DNA of 64,000 nt from assembly GCA_041946735.1 (NCBI GenBank), contig JBHGAY010000004.1, positions 32,001 to 96,000 of the forward strand. The letters are read 5' to 3'. Made by a program: the position numbers and the translations under genes. The stretch is from Candidatus Eiseniibacteriota bacterium. Its GTDB lineage: Bacteria > Eisenbacteria > RBG-16-71-46 > CAIMUX01 > VGJL01. Within the stretch, counting starts at the first letter, position 1. Every line of letters starts with the position of its first letter. The notes under the pieces are model-generated. The model was given only the letters and a program-made list of their open reading frames with translations, did no database searches and was not told where the DNA came from. This document shows, in pieces, positions 41,478 through 51,594 of the stretch.

Positions 41478-41514
41478 CCCGGCGGCGATGCGCTCCCGCG
41501 GCGCCCGCACCGAA

Positions 41515-42699
41515 TCAGCGGATGGGCATCGCCCCCGCGATCGACGCGAGCCGGTGCAGGAGCGCTTCGCGATCGGCGGCGTAGAGGACGAGGAGCAGCT
41601 CGGCGCCCGATCGCGATCCTCCGCTCCATCGTCCCGCCTCGTCATGGCCGATCACGAAGACGTCGATCCCTTCGACCGCCTCCGGCTCCAGGGGAAAGAG
41701 AGCGAGCCGGACCTTCTCCCCCGCGCGCGCCGCTTCTTCGCCGCCGCCATACTCGATCCAGAGGACCGTCTCGGCGCGATCGCTGCTCCCGCCGCAAGGA
41801 GCCAGCAGGAGCTGCGAGCTCTCCGGATCGAGCTGGAGCAGATTGTCCCCGGCCGAGGCAAAGACGGGAAGGGCGCGGAGCGCCGGCCAGGAGCGGGCGA
41901 AGACGATCGAGTCGGCCTCGCAATCGGCGGCGGAGCGCCGCAGGGCGGCGGCGAACTCGCGAACGCGTTGCGGCGGGGCCACGACGTTGCGGCGTCCCAC
42001 GATTCCCCGGGCGATCTCGAGCACGGCGGCGCGCGAGGAGCCCGTGTCGCGCCAGGCCGCGATCTTGCCGTAGAGATCGGCCGACCAGAAACGCAGGGTC
42101 GCGCGATCGAGGAGCGCGTGGGGGAAGCTCGAGGAGTCCGCCGGGTCGCCGGAGGGAGCGAGGAGCGAGATCCGTTCGCCGCGCCAGTCGAGGGAGAGCA
42201 GGCCGAAGGCGTCGTCGGAGCTTCCCATCCAGTACAGCTCGACGACGATTGGGCCTTCGCCGGCCGCCTCGCCTTCCGGAGCCGCCTGGTACTGCCGCAC
42301 GTCGAGATGATCGAAGCGATAGCCGGTGTAGATCTCGCCCGCGCCGTCCATGTAGTCGTAGATCGTCCGCGCGTCGTAGGTCGCCGATGCCGAGTCGTCG
42401 AGCATCCACGCGCCGTCCGCCGCAACCGGCGGGACGACGACGGCGGGACGGCGAGGCGCGAAAGCCCGGCTCCCCGGCGCGGAGGGAGATGGCATCTCCT
42501 CGGGCGGGGCGGCTCGCGAGGGGAGAGGGAGCAACGCGGCGGCCGCGATGACTGCCACGATAGCCACCATGATGGCCGCCATGATGGCCGCCATGATGGC
42601 CTTCATGCCGGCGGCCACGTGGGCGGCCGCGGCGAGCCTCCGAAGCAGGCCGCCCCGCCACGGGCCGGCCTGCCGGCCGAGCCGGCGTGTCTTACGCAT
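41515..42699 (-). CDS. DUF6599-like secreted protein
   Basis: TIYDYMDGAGEIY and IVVELYWMGSSDDAFGLLS; repetitive AAIM signal region; start uncertain. Confidence 0.7.
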   Translation of the reverse strand: MRKTRRLGRQAGPWRGGLLRRLAAAAHVAAGMKAIMAAIMAAIMVAIVAVIAAAALLPLPSRAAPPEEMPSPSAPGSRAFAPRRPAVVVPPVAADGAWMLDDSASATYDARTIYDYMDGAGEIYTGYRFDHLDVRQYQAAPEGEAAGEGPIVVELYWMGSSDDAFGLLSLDWRGERISLLAPSGDPADSSSFPHALLDRATLRFWSADLYGKIAAWRDTGSSRAAVLEIARGIVGRRNVVAPPQRVREFAAALRRSAADCEADSIVFARSWPALRALPVFASAGDNLLQLDPESSQLLLAPCGGSSDRAETVLWIEYGGGEEAARAGEKVRLALFPLEPEAVEGIDVFVIGHDEAGRWSGGSRSGAELLLVLYAADREALLHRLASIAGAMPIR

Positions 42700-43654
42700 C
42701 GATCTCCCTTATCCGAAGCTTTCCGATGTCGATCTCCCCGACGCCGATCTCGTAGGCCGCGCCGATGTGAGCGACCGAACGAGGCTCGAGGTCGAAGAAG
42801 CGCGTCGCGAACGAATCGACGGCGACCGGATCGATCCCGGCGATCACCTGCTGCGGGGCGATGACCTTCCCTGGTCCGACCGGCCCGTTCGTCAGGAGGA
42901 CATGGTTCGCGTCCATCAGAACCAGGTCGTGGCGCACGGCGGAACTCGTCTCCGCGATGCAGCGATCGAGGTCGACGGCGTGGAAGTGCAGCCTGTCCCA
43001 GACGATCCCCATCAGATTCTTCATCGCTCCCGTGTAGCGCGTCGCCGCGTGATGCTTCGCGATCGGCATGTTGATGAAGACGTCCGACTCCAGGACTTCC
43101 TTCGCCAGGCCGACCTCCGGAAGCACGCGCCCGCGAGGGACGAGAATCCGCTCGAAGTGCTCCGCGAGGCCGAGCGGGCGCAGGATGCCTCCTTCTCGCG
43201 TGACCTCGGCCGCGGTGCCGTTCGCCTGCATCGCGCGGGGCTCGTCGTGACTCGCCACGACGACCCGTTGCGCGCCGACACGCAGGCACTCGCGCACGAC
43301 CGCGCCCACCATCTCCGGATGCGTGCAGACCGCCTGCTCGGGCGGCGCATTCCCCACGGGGTTTGCCTTGATCGTCACTCGATCCCCCGGCCGGACGAAC
43401 TTCGCCATCCCGCCGAGCGCGTCGATGGCGGCGAGGACGTTCCGTGCGGGAGAAGCGCCGCGCGCAATGACGAGGTCGATCTCCGGCAGGAAGCGTTCCC
43501 GGACCGAGCCAAGACCGAGGCCAAGGCCGAGACCGGAGCCGAGGCCGGAGCGGAAGCCGGAGGCGAAGGCGGGACGGAAGGGGAGCTGCGACGCGAAGAG
43601 TCCCGCGCCCACCGTCGCCGTCCGCTTCAGGAACGACCGCCTGTCGAGGAGCAT
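42692..43654 (-). CDS. Second DUF362-domain protein with Tat signal
   Basis: DRRSFLK; GDRVTIKAN, CTHPE, INMPIAKHH, GAMKNLMG, DPVAVD. Confidence 0.9.
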   Translation of the reverse strand: MLLDRRSFLKRTATVGAGLFASQLPFRPAFASGFRSGLGSGLGLGLGLGSVRERFLPEIDLVIARGASPARNVLAAIDALGGMAKFVRPGDRVTIKANPVGNAPPEQAVCTHPEMVGAVVRECLRVGAQRVVVASHDEPRAMQANGTAAEVTREGGILRPLGLAEHFERILVPRGRVLPEVGLAKEVLESDVFINMPIAKHHAATRYTGAMKNLMGIVWDRLHFHAVDLDRCIAETSSAVRHDLVLMDANHVLLTNGPVGPGKVIAPQQVIAGIDPVAVDSFATRFFDLEPRSVAHIGAAYEIGVGEIDIGKLRIREIDA

Positions 43655-43752
43655 CCTCCCTCCTTCGATGGTCCCCGGCGTCTCGATTCCTGGCCTCCCG
43701 ATGGCACCTGGCCGCCCGGTGGCACCTGGCCTCCCGATCGTTCCTCGCCTCC

Positions 43753-45342
43753 TCATCGCTGCCCCGATCCCGCGGCGCGGAGCCGCTCCAGTCCCGCCTG
43801 CGCTTCGGCCGCCTGCGGCCCGGAGGGCACCAACTCCAGGAAACGCTCGAACGAGGCGATGGCCTGCTCCGTCCTTCCGAGCCTCTCGTAGATCGTGCCG
43901 AGCATGAAGTGGGAATTCGAGAAGTCGGCGTTCAGACGGACGGCGGTTTCGTACTCGCGCGCGGCCTCCTCGATCCTGCCCGCGCTGAGATATCCCTCGC
44001 CCAGGCTGTCATGCGAATTCGGATCCTCGGGAGCCAGCTGGGCGTAGCGCTGGAAGTAGGGAAGGGACGCGGTGGCGTCTCCCGCGGCGAGGCAGTTGTA
44101 GCCGATCAGATTGAGGACGAGCGTGTCGTCCGGGTGACGGTCGAGGTAGAAGCGGTACTCCCGCACCGCCTCCTCGCTGCGTCCCGCCTGCCCGTACGCG
44201 TAGCCGAGGTTGAGATGGGCCGCCTCGTCGCCGGGCCGTAGGGCGACCGCCTTCTCCAGCGCCTCCGCGGCGCGCGGCGAGCGCATCTGGAGCAGACTCG
44301 CGCCGAGGATCCCCCAGGTCTCGCCGTCCGCCGGATCGCTTCGCGTCTGCTGCTGGAGCTCGGCGATCGGGCGCCAGCTCTCCTCGACCGTCGTGCGGGC
44401 CAGGTCGCGGCGCGGGCTGTCCGGGTGCTCCTGGAGGAACAGGTCCAGCCGGCGGCACCCTTCGACGTAGTCGCCATCCCGGAGAGTCTCGAGCGTGATC
44501 TTCCGGTACTCGGCGCACTGCGCGAGCACCGCACCGGGACGGCCGGACAGAACGCTGTCCGCATTGGCGAGCGCTTCCTCGTAGCGCCGTGCGGCGATGA
44601 GATCGGATCCGCGCGCGTAGGCAAGGTAGGGAGCCCAATCGAGCGATTCGTGCTTGGAGATCCAAACGCGGCGGGCCAGCGAGGCGGCGAGGAGCGGCGA
44701 GGTGGGGTACGACTCGATCAGCCGGCGGAGGTGGGCGGCCGCCCGAGCGGAGTCGCCCTGGGCCGCGTACGCGGTTCCGAGCCGGAACTCCGCCACGGCC
44801 GCCGTCTCCGCGGACGGAGCGATCGAGAGCAGACGCTCGGCCGCCGCCACGCCGCGCGACGGGTCGCCAGTGCGGTCGTAGCAGCTTCCCGCGCGCTCCG
44901 TAACCTCGCGGAACCACGAGTCCGGCATGGCCGAAGCTCCGCCCGCCGGGGCACGCGACAGCGCCTCCATGTACAGGTCGCCCGCGGCGCCCCACTGCTT
45001 GCGCGCCTCGGCACAAGCGGCTTGCGCTCGCAGCGCCCCGGGGGCCCAGCCTCCGTCGCGGTCGATCGCCGCCACCCGACGGTAAGCATCAAGGGCCGCC
45101 TGCGTGTCGCGCTCGGCCGAGAGAAAGAGGTTCGCGATCGCCATCGCGGCGACCGGCGCGAGACGGTCATCGGGATTGCGGGTGAGAAAGTCCTCGTACT
45201 GACGGCGAGCTCCGGCCGCGTCGCCGGCCAACGCGAGGCGGGTCGCCCGGTCGAACTGCGCGGGCGCTCCGCTCTCCGCGAAGACCGAGCCGCACACGAC
45301 GACCGCGAGGACGGCGGCGCAAGCGAGCGGCCTTCCCTTCAT
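43753..45342 (-). CDS. Secreted tetratricopeptide-repeat protein
   Basis: Signal peptide; TPR motifs AHLNLGYAY, SHDSLGEGY, SHFMLGTIY. Confidence 0.85.
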   Translation of the reverse strand: MKGRPLACAAVLAVVVCGSVFAESGAPAQFDRATRLALAGDAAGARRQYEDFLTRNPDDRLAPVAAMAIANLFLSAERDTQAALDAYRRVAAIDRDGGWAPGALRAQAACAEARKQWGAAGDLYMEALSRAPAGGASAMPDSWFREVTERAGSCYDRTGDPSRGVAAAERLLSIAPSAETAAVAEFRLGTAYAAQGDSARAAAHLRRLIESYPTSPLLAASLARRVWISKHESLDWAPYLAYARGSDLIAARRYEEALANADSVLSGRPGAVLAQCAEYRKITLETLRDGDYVEGCRRLDLFLQEHPDSPRRDLARTTVEESWRPIAELQQQTRSDPADGETWGILGASLLQMRSPRAAEALEKAVALRPGDEAAHLNLGYAYGQAGRSEEAVREYRFYLDRHPDDTLVLNLIGYNCLAAGDATASLPYFQRYAQLAPEDPNSHDSLGEGYLSAGRIEEAAREYETAVRLNADFSNSHFMLGTIYERLGRTEQAIASFERFLELVPSGPQAAEAQAGLERLRAAGSGQR

Positions 45343-45751
45343 TCCTCGACCCCCATCGACCCTCGAGCACGTCCGGCCCTCCGCCGGCAGGAACGGAGCG
45401 AAACCGGCTTCTCCAACCCGAGCCGGCAGTGTACGCCTTCCGTTCGTCTCACGGAACGAGCGATCGAGACCGTCCGCCGGTTCGCGCTCCCGCACCCGTT
45501 CGGGATTCGGCAGTTCAGGTCGCCGCATCCCGGCTCGGGCACCGGCAAGCGTTCTGCACAAAACCGGGCGATTTCTTCGTCATTCCTTCGTGGAAGGAAT
45601 GTCATTCAATGCTCCACGACTAGAAGGTTCGCGCCGGTTAGGATCTTCTGGAGTGGTCGCTTTGCGAGGCGACGGAAGACAGTGGAACCACGCGGGGATC
45701 TCTCCGGTCCCCATCGATGAATACGAATGCACAGCAGGACAGGAGGAAAGC

Positions 45752-46441
45752 ATGAAGCTCATTGCGATCGCCAGCCTCGTTGGGTTGACGTTCGTCGCGG
45801 GCTCCGCATCGGCTACTTCCTATGAAATGGTGATCGAAAATCTCGTGCCAGGGGGACCGGCGACGGGGCAGCCGCTCTCGCCGCCGGTGGTCGCGATCCA
45901 CTCCAACGGTTACAGATTGTTCGAAGTCGGCCACGCGGGGACTCCCGGATTGGACCTTCTCGCCCGAGAGGGCATTCCGGACGATCTTGCTCTCGAAGCG
46001 GAGCAGCCCACATCGGTGTTCCAAGTGCTCGTGGGCAGCGGTCCATTCTACGATCCACAGACGATCCGCTTCGACGCGGATCCCGGCGACCTGCTCTCCG
46101 TCGCGATGATGCTCGGTAGGACCAACGACCTGTTCACGGGAATTTCCGCCGAGGAGCTTCCCTCGAGCGGTGAGCGCGTGTTCTATACCGACGCCTATGA
46201 TGCAGGAGCGGAGGTCAACTCCGGGCTCGTCCAGGACATTCCGTTCTACGGAAATCACAACGCGGGAGCCGACGAGCGCGGCACCGTGGCGGTCGTCAAC
46301 TCCTACTCTGTCTACGACGACCCGCTGTACGGGCAGCTCGACTGGACCTTCCCCCCCGCGGCTCGCATCACGGTCCGGGTCCTCGGTCCGACCGCCGCCC
46401 AGGAGACCACCTGGGGCGAGGTGCGCGCGCTGTACCGCTGA
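45752..46441 (+). CDS. Spondin_N-domain secreted protein with TWG C-terminal motif
   Basis: QPLSPPVVAIH, LAREG, MLGRTNDLFTG, AYDAGAEVN; ends QETTWGEVRALYR; AGGAGG RBS. Confidence 0.85.
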   Translation: MKLIAIASLVGLTFVAGSASATSYEMVIENLVPGGPATGQPLSPPVVAIHSNGYRLFEVGHAGTPGLDLLAREGIPDDLALEAEQPTSVFQVLVGSGPFYDPQTIRFDADPGDLLSVAMMLGRTNDLFTGISAEELPSSGERVFYTDAYDAGAEVNSGLVQDIPFYGNHNAGADERGTVAVVNSYSVYDDPLYGQLDWTFPPAARITVRVLGPTAAQETTWGEVRALYR

Positions 46442-46547
46442 TCGTCTTTCGAGAATGCGCATCGTCTATCGATGACGACGGGCCCCGGACGGGAGCGATC
46501 CGGCTGGAGCCTGAGGACGAGGAGGCGGGACCACCCGCCTCCTCGTT

Positions 46548-46627
46548 TTTCGTCTCCCGCTCCTTCGTCTCCCGCTCCTTCGTCTCCGGCTTCTTCGTCT
46601 CCGGCTTCTTCGTCTCCTGCTTCTTCG
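46548..46627. repeat. About five tandem 15-bp repeats (TTCGTCTCCNGCTYC) between convergent genes
   Basis: Directly visible. Confidence 0.85.
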
Positions 46628-46634
46628 CCGCCCG

Positions 46635-47309
46635 TCAAGGCTGGACGATCGGCCGTCCCTCCTGCATCCTCACCCGCGCCGCGGCGATCCATCCGATCAC
46701 CTCGGGATACAGTTCCCGCTCGGCCGCCTGCACACGGGCGGCAAGCGTATCCGGCGTATCGTCCGGAAGGACCGGGACGATCCGGCGCGCGAGGACCGGG
46801 CCGTGGTCGTAGTCCGGGTCGACGAAATGAACCGAGCAGCCGGTCTCCGTCTCGCGCGCCGCGAGGACCGCCTCGTGCACGTGGTGCCCGTACATTCCGT
46901 GGCCGCCGAAGCGCGGGAGCAGCGCGGGGTGCACGTTGACGACCGGATATCGCTCGAACACTTCCGGTGAGAGCCGGCTCATGAATCCAGCCAGGACGAT
47001 CAGGTCGATCGGTCCGTGGCGGTCGAGCGCCTCGAGCAACGCTCTCGAGTATCCCTTCTCGTCGAAGACCTCGCCGGCGACGAAAGCCTTGCGCGGCAGG
47101 ACCGCGACGGGCAGCCCACGCTCGCAAGCCCGTTCGATCCCCGCTGCCTTCTCCCGACTGCTCACGACGACCCGGATCGTCGCGTCGAGCCGCCCTTCGG
47201 CGATGCGATCGGCCAGGTTCGCCATCGTCGTCCCGCCGCCGGAGAGCAGGACGGCAAGGCCCAACCTCTTGGGGCGGGTCGGAAGCTGATCGGGTCGCGG
47301 AATCTGCAT
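46635..47309 (-). CDS. purN: Phosphoribosylglycinamide formyltransferase
   Basis: AVLLSGGGTT, LAGFM, VNVHPALLPRFGG, GCSVHFVDPDYDHGP. Confidence 0.93.
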   Translation of the reverse strand: MQIPRPDQLPTRPKRLGLAVLLSGGGTTMANLADRIAEGRLDATIRVVVSSREKAAGIERACERGLPVAVLPRKAFVAGEVFDEKGYSRALLEALDRHGPIDLIVLAGFMSRLSPEVFERYPVVNVHPALLPRFGGHGMYGHHVHEAVLAARETETGCSVHFVDPDYDHGPVLARRIVPVLPDDTPDTLAARVQAAERELYPEVIGWIAAARVRMQEGRPIVQP

Positions 47310-47388
47310 CACGACGCTCTCGGTCCTCTTCGCTCCGACGGACTCACCGCCCGCAGATCGGTCGCCTTCACTCGAACGTCGCTCGCCT

Positions 47389-48996
47389 TCACTCGAACAT
47401 CTCCTCGGCCGGCACGATCTCGCTGCGCACGATGCCGAAGGGCATCGCACGAATCTGCGCATCCTCCGCGCGAATCTCCTCGGAAGCGCTTCCGCCCGAG
47501 TAGACGATCGGAGTGTCTTCGTCGGAAGTCATGATGGCGCGGATCGAGTCGGCATGCGCGCATACCATGACGATCCCGATCTCGTGCCCGCTCAGGCGGC
47601 GGCGCAACGCTTCGTTCACCTGCTCCCGAGTCACGGTCTCCAGCGCGCGCTGCATCGACTCGACGACGTCCCCCTCGATGCCTTCGTGCCTCGCGTCGAT
47701 GGCGAATCCGAGCCGGCGTTGCAGCGTCTGCCTCCACAGCTGACTGACGTTGCGCAGGTGATCGCGGGAAGTTTCGAACTCTTCCGGCGTCAGACCCTGC
47801 TCGATCCATCGCCGCATTTCCCATAGCGCCTGGCGGACCGCGAACGGACCGTTCGCAGGCTGCACCGGCCGGATCCAGATCGAGAAGTGCGGGATCTCGC
47901 GCCACAGGTTCGGCCGGTTGAACCGCGACCAGCTGTCTTGATCGAACGCGTCGAGGTACGCGTAGTCGCCGTAGTTCAGCCCGCGAGCCGACCGCATTCG
48001 ATTCTGCAGCCGGCCGTGGAACGTCCGGTGCTCACCAAGCGCGGTCGTCGCAAGAAGGAGCAGGACGTAGTCGGGATCGGAGCGATGCACGTCGTGCAGG
48101 AAGCCGATCGAGACGGCGGTCGCCCGAGCCTCGGGCTTCTCTATCAGCAGAAGCTCGGCCGAGCCGGGAGGGTCAGCCGGGACATCGGCGGTCAAACGCG
48201 GCCGCGCAAGCGTCTCGCCGGCCGAGTCTCCATCCTGACCCGGCGCGATCCGGGAGAGGAGTGAGCGCAGCTCCCCGACAGCGGCCGGCTCGAAGCCCCC
48301 CGCGATCCCGACCACGACACCCTCGCGGTCGACCGCTGCATCGTGGAAGGCGCGCAAGTCGTCATCCTCGATCCCCTGGATCCCCGACTCGGTCCCGGCA
48401 GCCGGGTGAGCCCATCGTGTGTTCCGGAACAGGCGCGCCTCGAGACCCGCCTTGCCGAGCTGCTCGTCGTTGCCGCCGCGCAGCTCGTTGCGCAACCATC
48501 CCAGCGTGTTCTCGCGCACGCGCGCGATGTCTTCCGCCGCGTACCGGGGCCGGAAGATGAGATCGAAGAAGACCGGGATCATCGTGTCGAGATCGGCGCG
48601 CCGCACCGTCGTCTCGAAGACGACCGCCTCCTTGTCGACCTCCAGCCGAACCGAGGCCGCCATCGGATAGAGAAGGTCGGCCACCTCCTTTTGTGTGAGG
48701 CTCGGCGTCCCCCCCTCGGCTGCGGCGCGCATCGCGAGGTTGCATAGCCCTTCCTTCCCGGAGGGATCGTCCGCGGAGCCGACCGGGATCAGCACGCGCA
48801 AGGCGACGACCGGGGAGTCCTTCACCGGCATCTCGAGAATCTGGGGAGCGAGGGGCGCCGACGCGGAAGCGGCCGGCGACGAGCCGGGAGCCGCCGAGCC
48901 CGCCGCGTGCGAGCCGGGAGCCACGTAGGCACCGGACAGGAGACCAAGAACCAGCCCGAAGGCGATTCCTCGCCGGCGATGCGCCGCCGCCCTCAC
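47389..48996 (-). CDS. M16 peptidase family, non-catalytic partner subunit
   Basis: GSADDPSGKEGL without HxxEH; RSARGLNYG; signal peptide; GTGA-coupled to the catalytic subunit. Confidence 0.85.
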   Translation of the reverse strand: MRAAAHRRRGIAFGLVLGLLSGAYVAPGSHAAGSAAPGSSPAASASAPLAPQILEMPVKDSPVVALRVLIPVGSADDPSGKEGLCNLAMRAAAEGGTPSLTQKEVADLLYPMAASVRLEVDKEAVVFETTVRRADLDTMIPVFFDLIFRPRYAAEDIARVRENTLGWLRNELRGGNDEQLGKAGLEARLFRNTRWAHPAAGTESGIQGIEDDDLRAFHDAAVDREGVVVGIAGGFEPAAVGELRSLLSRIAPGQDGDSAGETLARPRLTADVPADPPGSAELLLIEKPEARATAVSIGFLHDVHRSDPDYVLLLLATTALGEHRTFHGRLQNRMRSARGLNYGDYAYLDAFDQDSWSRFNRPNLWREIPHFSIWIRPVQPANGPFAVRQALWEMRRWIEQGLTPEEFETSRDHLRNVSQLWRQTLQRRLGFAIDARHEGIEGDVVESMQRALETVTREQVNEALRRRLSGHEIGIVMVCAHADSIRAIMTSDEDTPIVYSGGSASEEIRAEDAQIRAMPFGIVRSEIVPAEEMFE

Positions 48997-50489
48997 GACC
49001 TCACCTCCTTCCCGGTGACCGTGATGGTGATCGAGTTCTTCTCGAGGAGGAACTGGCTCGCTGCGCGCCGGAGCTGCGATGGATCGGACGCCCGCAACGC
49101 GTCCACGAAGCGTTCGATTTCCTGCGGATCCCCTGTCAGCCCGATCCAATCCGAGAGGCGCCACGCGACGCCCGCCGGGGTTTCGAGCGACAGGGCGAGC
49201 TGCGCGAGATACCGCCGCTTGGCCGCTTCCAGCACCGCGCCATCGATCCCGGCGGGAGCGCTCGCTTCCTGCAAGGCAGCGAGGATCCGCGCGCGGACCG
49301 GCTCGAGCTGCCCGTCGTCGTACAGGCGCACCGAAACCGTGAAGAGGTACGGGTCGCGGTTCCGGCCGGCCGAGGCGGAGAGCGATTCGGCGAGCCTCCG
49401 GTCGAGGACCAGCTCGCGGTACAGCTTCGACGTGGGGCCGAAGACGGCTTCACGCAAAAGCTCCAGCGCAGCCGCGGTCGGCACCGATGTCGCGTAGGCG
49501 GGCGTGCGGAAGGAGATCTGGAGGATCGGCCGCGTCGGACCGTTCCACCGGATCGAATCCCTGATCGCCGAAGCGAGCGGCCGCTCCACGGGGATCTCCG
49601 TGCCGTATCCGCCGCGCTCCCAGCCGCCGTACGCCGCCCGCACCGCGTCGGCGGCCCGGGTAGGATCGAAATCACCACAGATCAGGATCGCGCAGTTCTC
49701 GGGGCGGTAGTAGCGGTCGTAGAACTGACGGCTGTACTGGTACCCGTCGGGCATCGCCCGGACGTCCGCTTCGGTTCCGAGGACGGTGTGCCCGTACGGA
49801 TGGCGGGGGAAGGCGTGCGCCAGAAGCCTCTCCTCGAGCAGCGTCTCGACATTGGCGTGACCGATCGCGAACTCGCCGAGCACGGCGCCGGCCTCCTTTC
49901 GGAACTGCTCCTCCGTGTACGAGAGATTCCGGAACCGGTCCGCTTCGATCTCGATGACCTGGTCGAGGCCGCTCGCCGGCAGGGTGTTGAAGTAGTTCGT
50001 CTCGTCCATTCCTGTCGACGCGTTGCCATCCGCCCCCAGCACGTCGAGGAGCCGCTGGTACTCGGCCTGCGGGAACCGCTTGGTTCCCCGAAACATCACG
50101 TGCTCGAAGAAATGGGCGTATCCCGTGCGCCCCGGCTCGATCTCGTTCCTCGATCCCGCGCGCACCACCGTCTGGTAGTGCACGACGCCGGGCGACGCCA
50201 TCGGAACCATCACGAGCAGCAGTCCGTTGTCGAGCTTCACCGTCTGGATGGTGTAGGGGAATCGATCTCCGGCCGCCACACTGCCCGCGGCCGCGAAACC
50301 GGCGGGGACGAGGGCGCCGAGCAGGCAGGCGAGCAGCACGGCAAGGGGCGCGGCGAGTGGCCGCAGGCGGCAGGCGAAGAGGGAGATGAGGGAGATGAGG
50401 GAAGGCGGCGAGATGCGCAGCGAGACGGGCGGCGAGATGCGCAGCGAGACGGGCGGCGAGACGGGCGGCGAGATGCGTCGATCCAACAT
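48993..50489 (-). CDS. M16B (pitrilysin-family) zinc peptidase, catalytic subunit
   Basis: GSRNE...GYAHFFEHVMFRGT, NAST, FYDRYYRPEN; N-terminal ISPPVSLR repeats. Confidence 0.92.
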   Translation of the reverse strand: MLDRRISPPVSPPVSLRISPPVSLRISPPSLISLISLFACRLRPLAAPLAVLLACLLGALVPAGFAAAGSVAAGDRFPYTIQTVKLDNGLLLVMVPMASPGVVHYQTVVRAGSRNEIEPGRTGYAHFFEHVMFRGTKRFPQAEYQRLLDVLGADGNASTGMDETNYFNTLPASGLDQVIEIEADRFRNLSYTEEQFRKEAGAVLGEFAIGHANVETLLEERLLAHAFPRHPYGHTVLGTEADVRAMPDGYQYSRQFYDRYYRPENCAILICGDFDPTRAADAVRAAYGGWERGGYGTEIPVERPLASAIRDSIRWNGPTRPILQISFRTPAYATSVPTAAALELLREAVFGPTSKLYRELVLDRRLAESLSASAGRNRDPYLFTVSVRLYDDGQLEPVRARILAALQEASAPAGIDGAVLEAAKRRYLAQLALSLETPAGVAWRLSDWIGLTGDPQEIERFVDALRASDPSQLRRAASQFLLEKNSITITVTGKEVRS

Positions 50490-50536
50490 CGGACCTCCAT
50501 GGAAGCGGGTCGCGGGCGTTTCGATCCTCTCGCGCG

Positions 50537-51436
50537 TCACTCTCCGGCGTCCCAGACGGCCGCCCCGGCGACCTGATCGAGACGGACCTTGCCCGGCTGG
50601 ATCCGCTCGAGGCTGCGCCGCAGCTTCTCGAGCGCCTCCTCGAAATCCGGCATTCCCTTGCGTGCCCGCGTGAGGGGATTCGCGCGCGCGACGAGATAGC
50701 TCTTCAGGTACGGATGCTTGACCCCGCGCGATTGGATCTCTTTCACCTTCTCGCTCAGGATCTCCTCGGCCTGCAGCACCATCGCCGCCCGTTCGAGACG
50801 CTGCGGGTAGGCGTTGCGCAGGGAGGACCGGAGGAACCGGTCGACCCTCCGCAGGATCGGCGTGAAGGCCGACCCGGGGAAGCGGGCCCGCTCTTCGTAT
50901 ACGAAGCCGAGCGTGATGAAGTGGGCCTGCTCCAGCTCGAACGCGAACTCGTTCTCGCGGCGCGAACCGTCCTGTTCGAGAAGCGCTTTGTACATTCGAG
51001 CGACTTCGAGCGCCTTCTCCTTGAGGTTGTGCGCCTTCTCCGTGTTCAGGGCGAGGATCTGGAACGCGACCTGGACCTCGGGGATCAGGATCGCCGGAAT
51101 GTATTTGCCGCCGCGAGACTCGAGGGCCGAACGCCGGTGATTGCCGTTGGGAGTCCAGTAGACGCCTGGTTCGGGAGAGACGACGACGATCGGATCGACG
51201 AAGCGTTGCAGCCGCTCCAATACATCGGCGAGCCGCTTCTGGTGGGCGGGGGAGAGATCGCGCTGGAACGGAGTCGGGGAGACCTTCTCCATCGGTAGCA
51301 GGACGAAGAGATGCCACTTGCCGGCGACCGGCTCGCGGTAGCCGGCGAGGAACCTGCCTCCGTCCTTCTCGACCTGGTCTGCGAGCGGCTGCAGCGCGCG
51401 CGGCAGTTCGCGTTCGGGCGTTGGAGAGGGGGCCAT
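50537..51436 (-). CDS. ParB/Srx N-terminal-domain protein
   Basis: PTPFQRDLS, FVDPIVV, WTPNGNHR, LALNTEK; AGGAGG RBS. Confidence 0.8.
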   Translation of the reverse strand: MAPSPTPERELPRALQPLADQVEKDGGRFLAGYREPVAGKWHLFVLLPMEKVSPTPFQRDLSPAHQKRLADVLERLQRFVDPIVVVSPEPGVYWTPNGNHRRSALESRGGKYIPAILIPEVQVAFQILALNTEKAHNLKEKALEVARMYKALLEQDGSRRENEFAFELEQAHFITLGFVYEERARFPGSAFTPILRRVDRFLRSSLRNAYPQRLERAAMVLQAEEILSEKVKEIQSRGVKHPYLKSYLVARANPLTRARKGMPDFEEALEKLRRSLERIQPGKVRLDQVAGAAVWDAGE

Positions 51437-51594
51437 GCTTCCTCCTAGCCGCCCCATGATACCCGCTCCGCCGCGCAAGCGGGGCTCGAACGAGTCCCGG
51501 GAACGCGGAACGCGGGACGCGGGAGCGGGGATGCGCGGGCGACCTGCCCCGGCCGGCCGCCCGCCCGCCCACCTCGGCCGAGAAGCAGGGCTGG

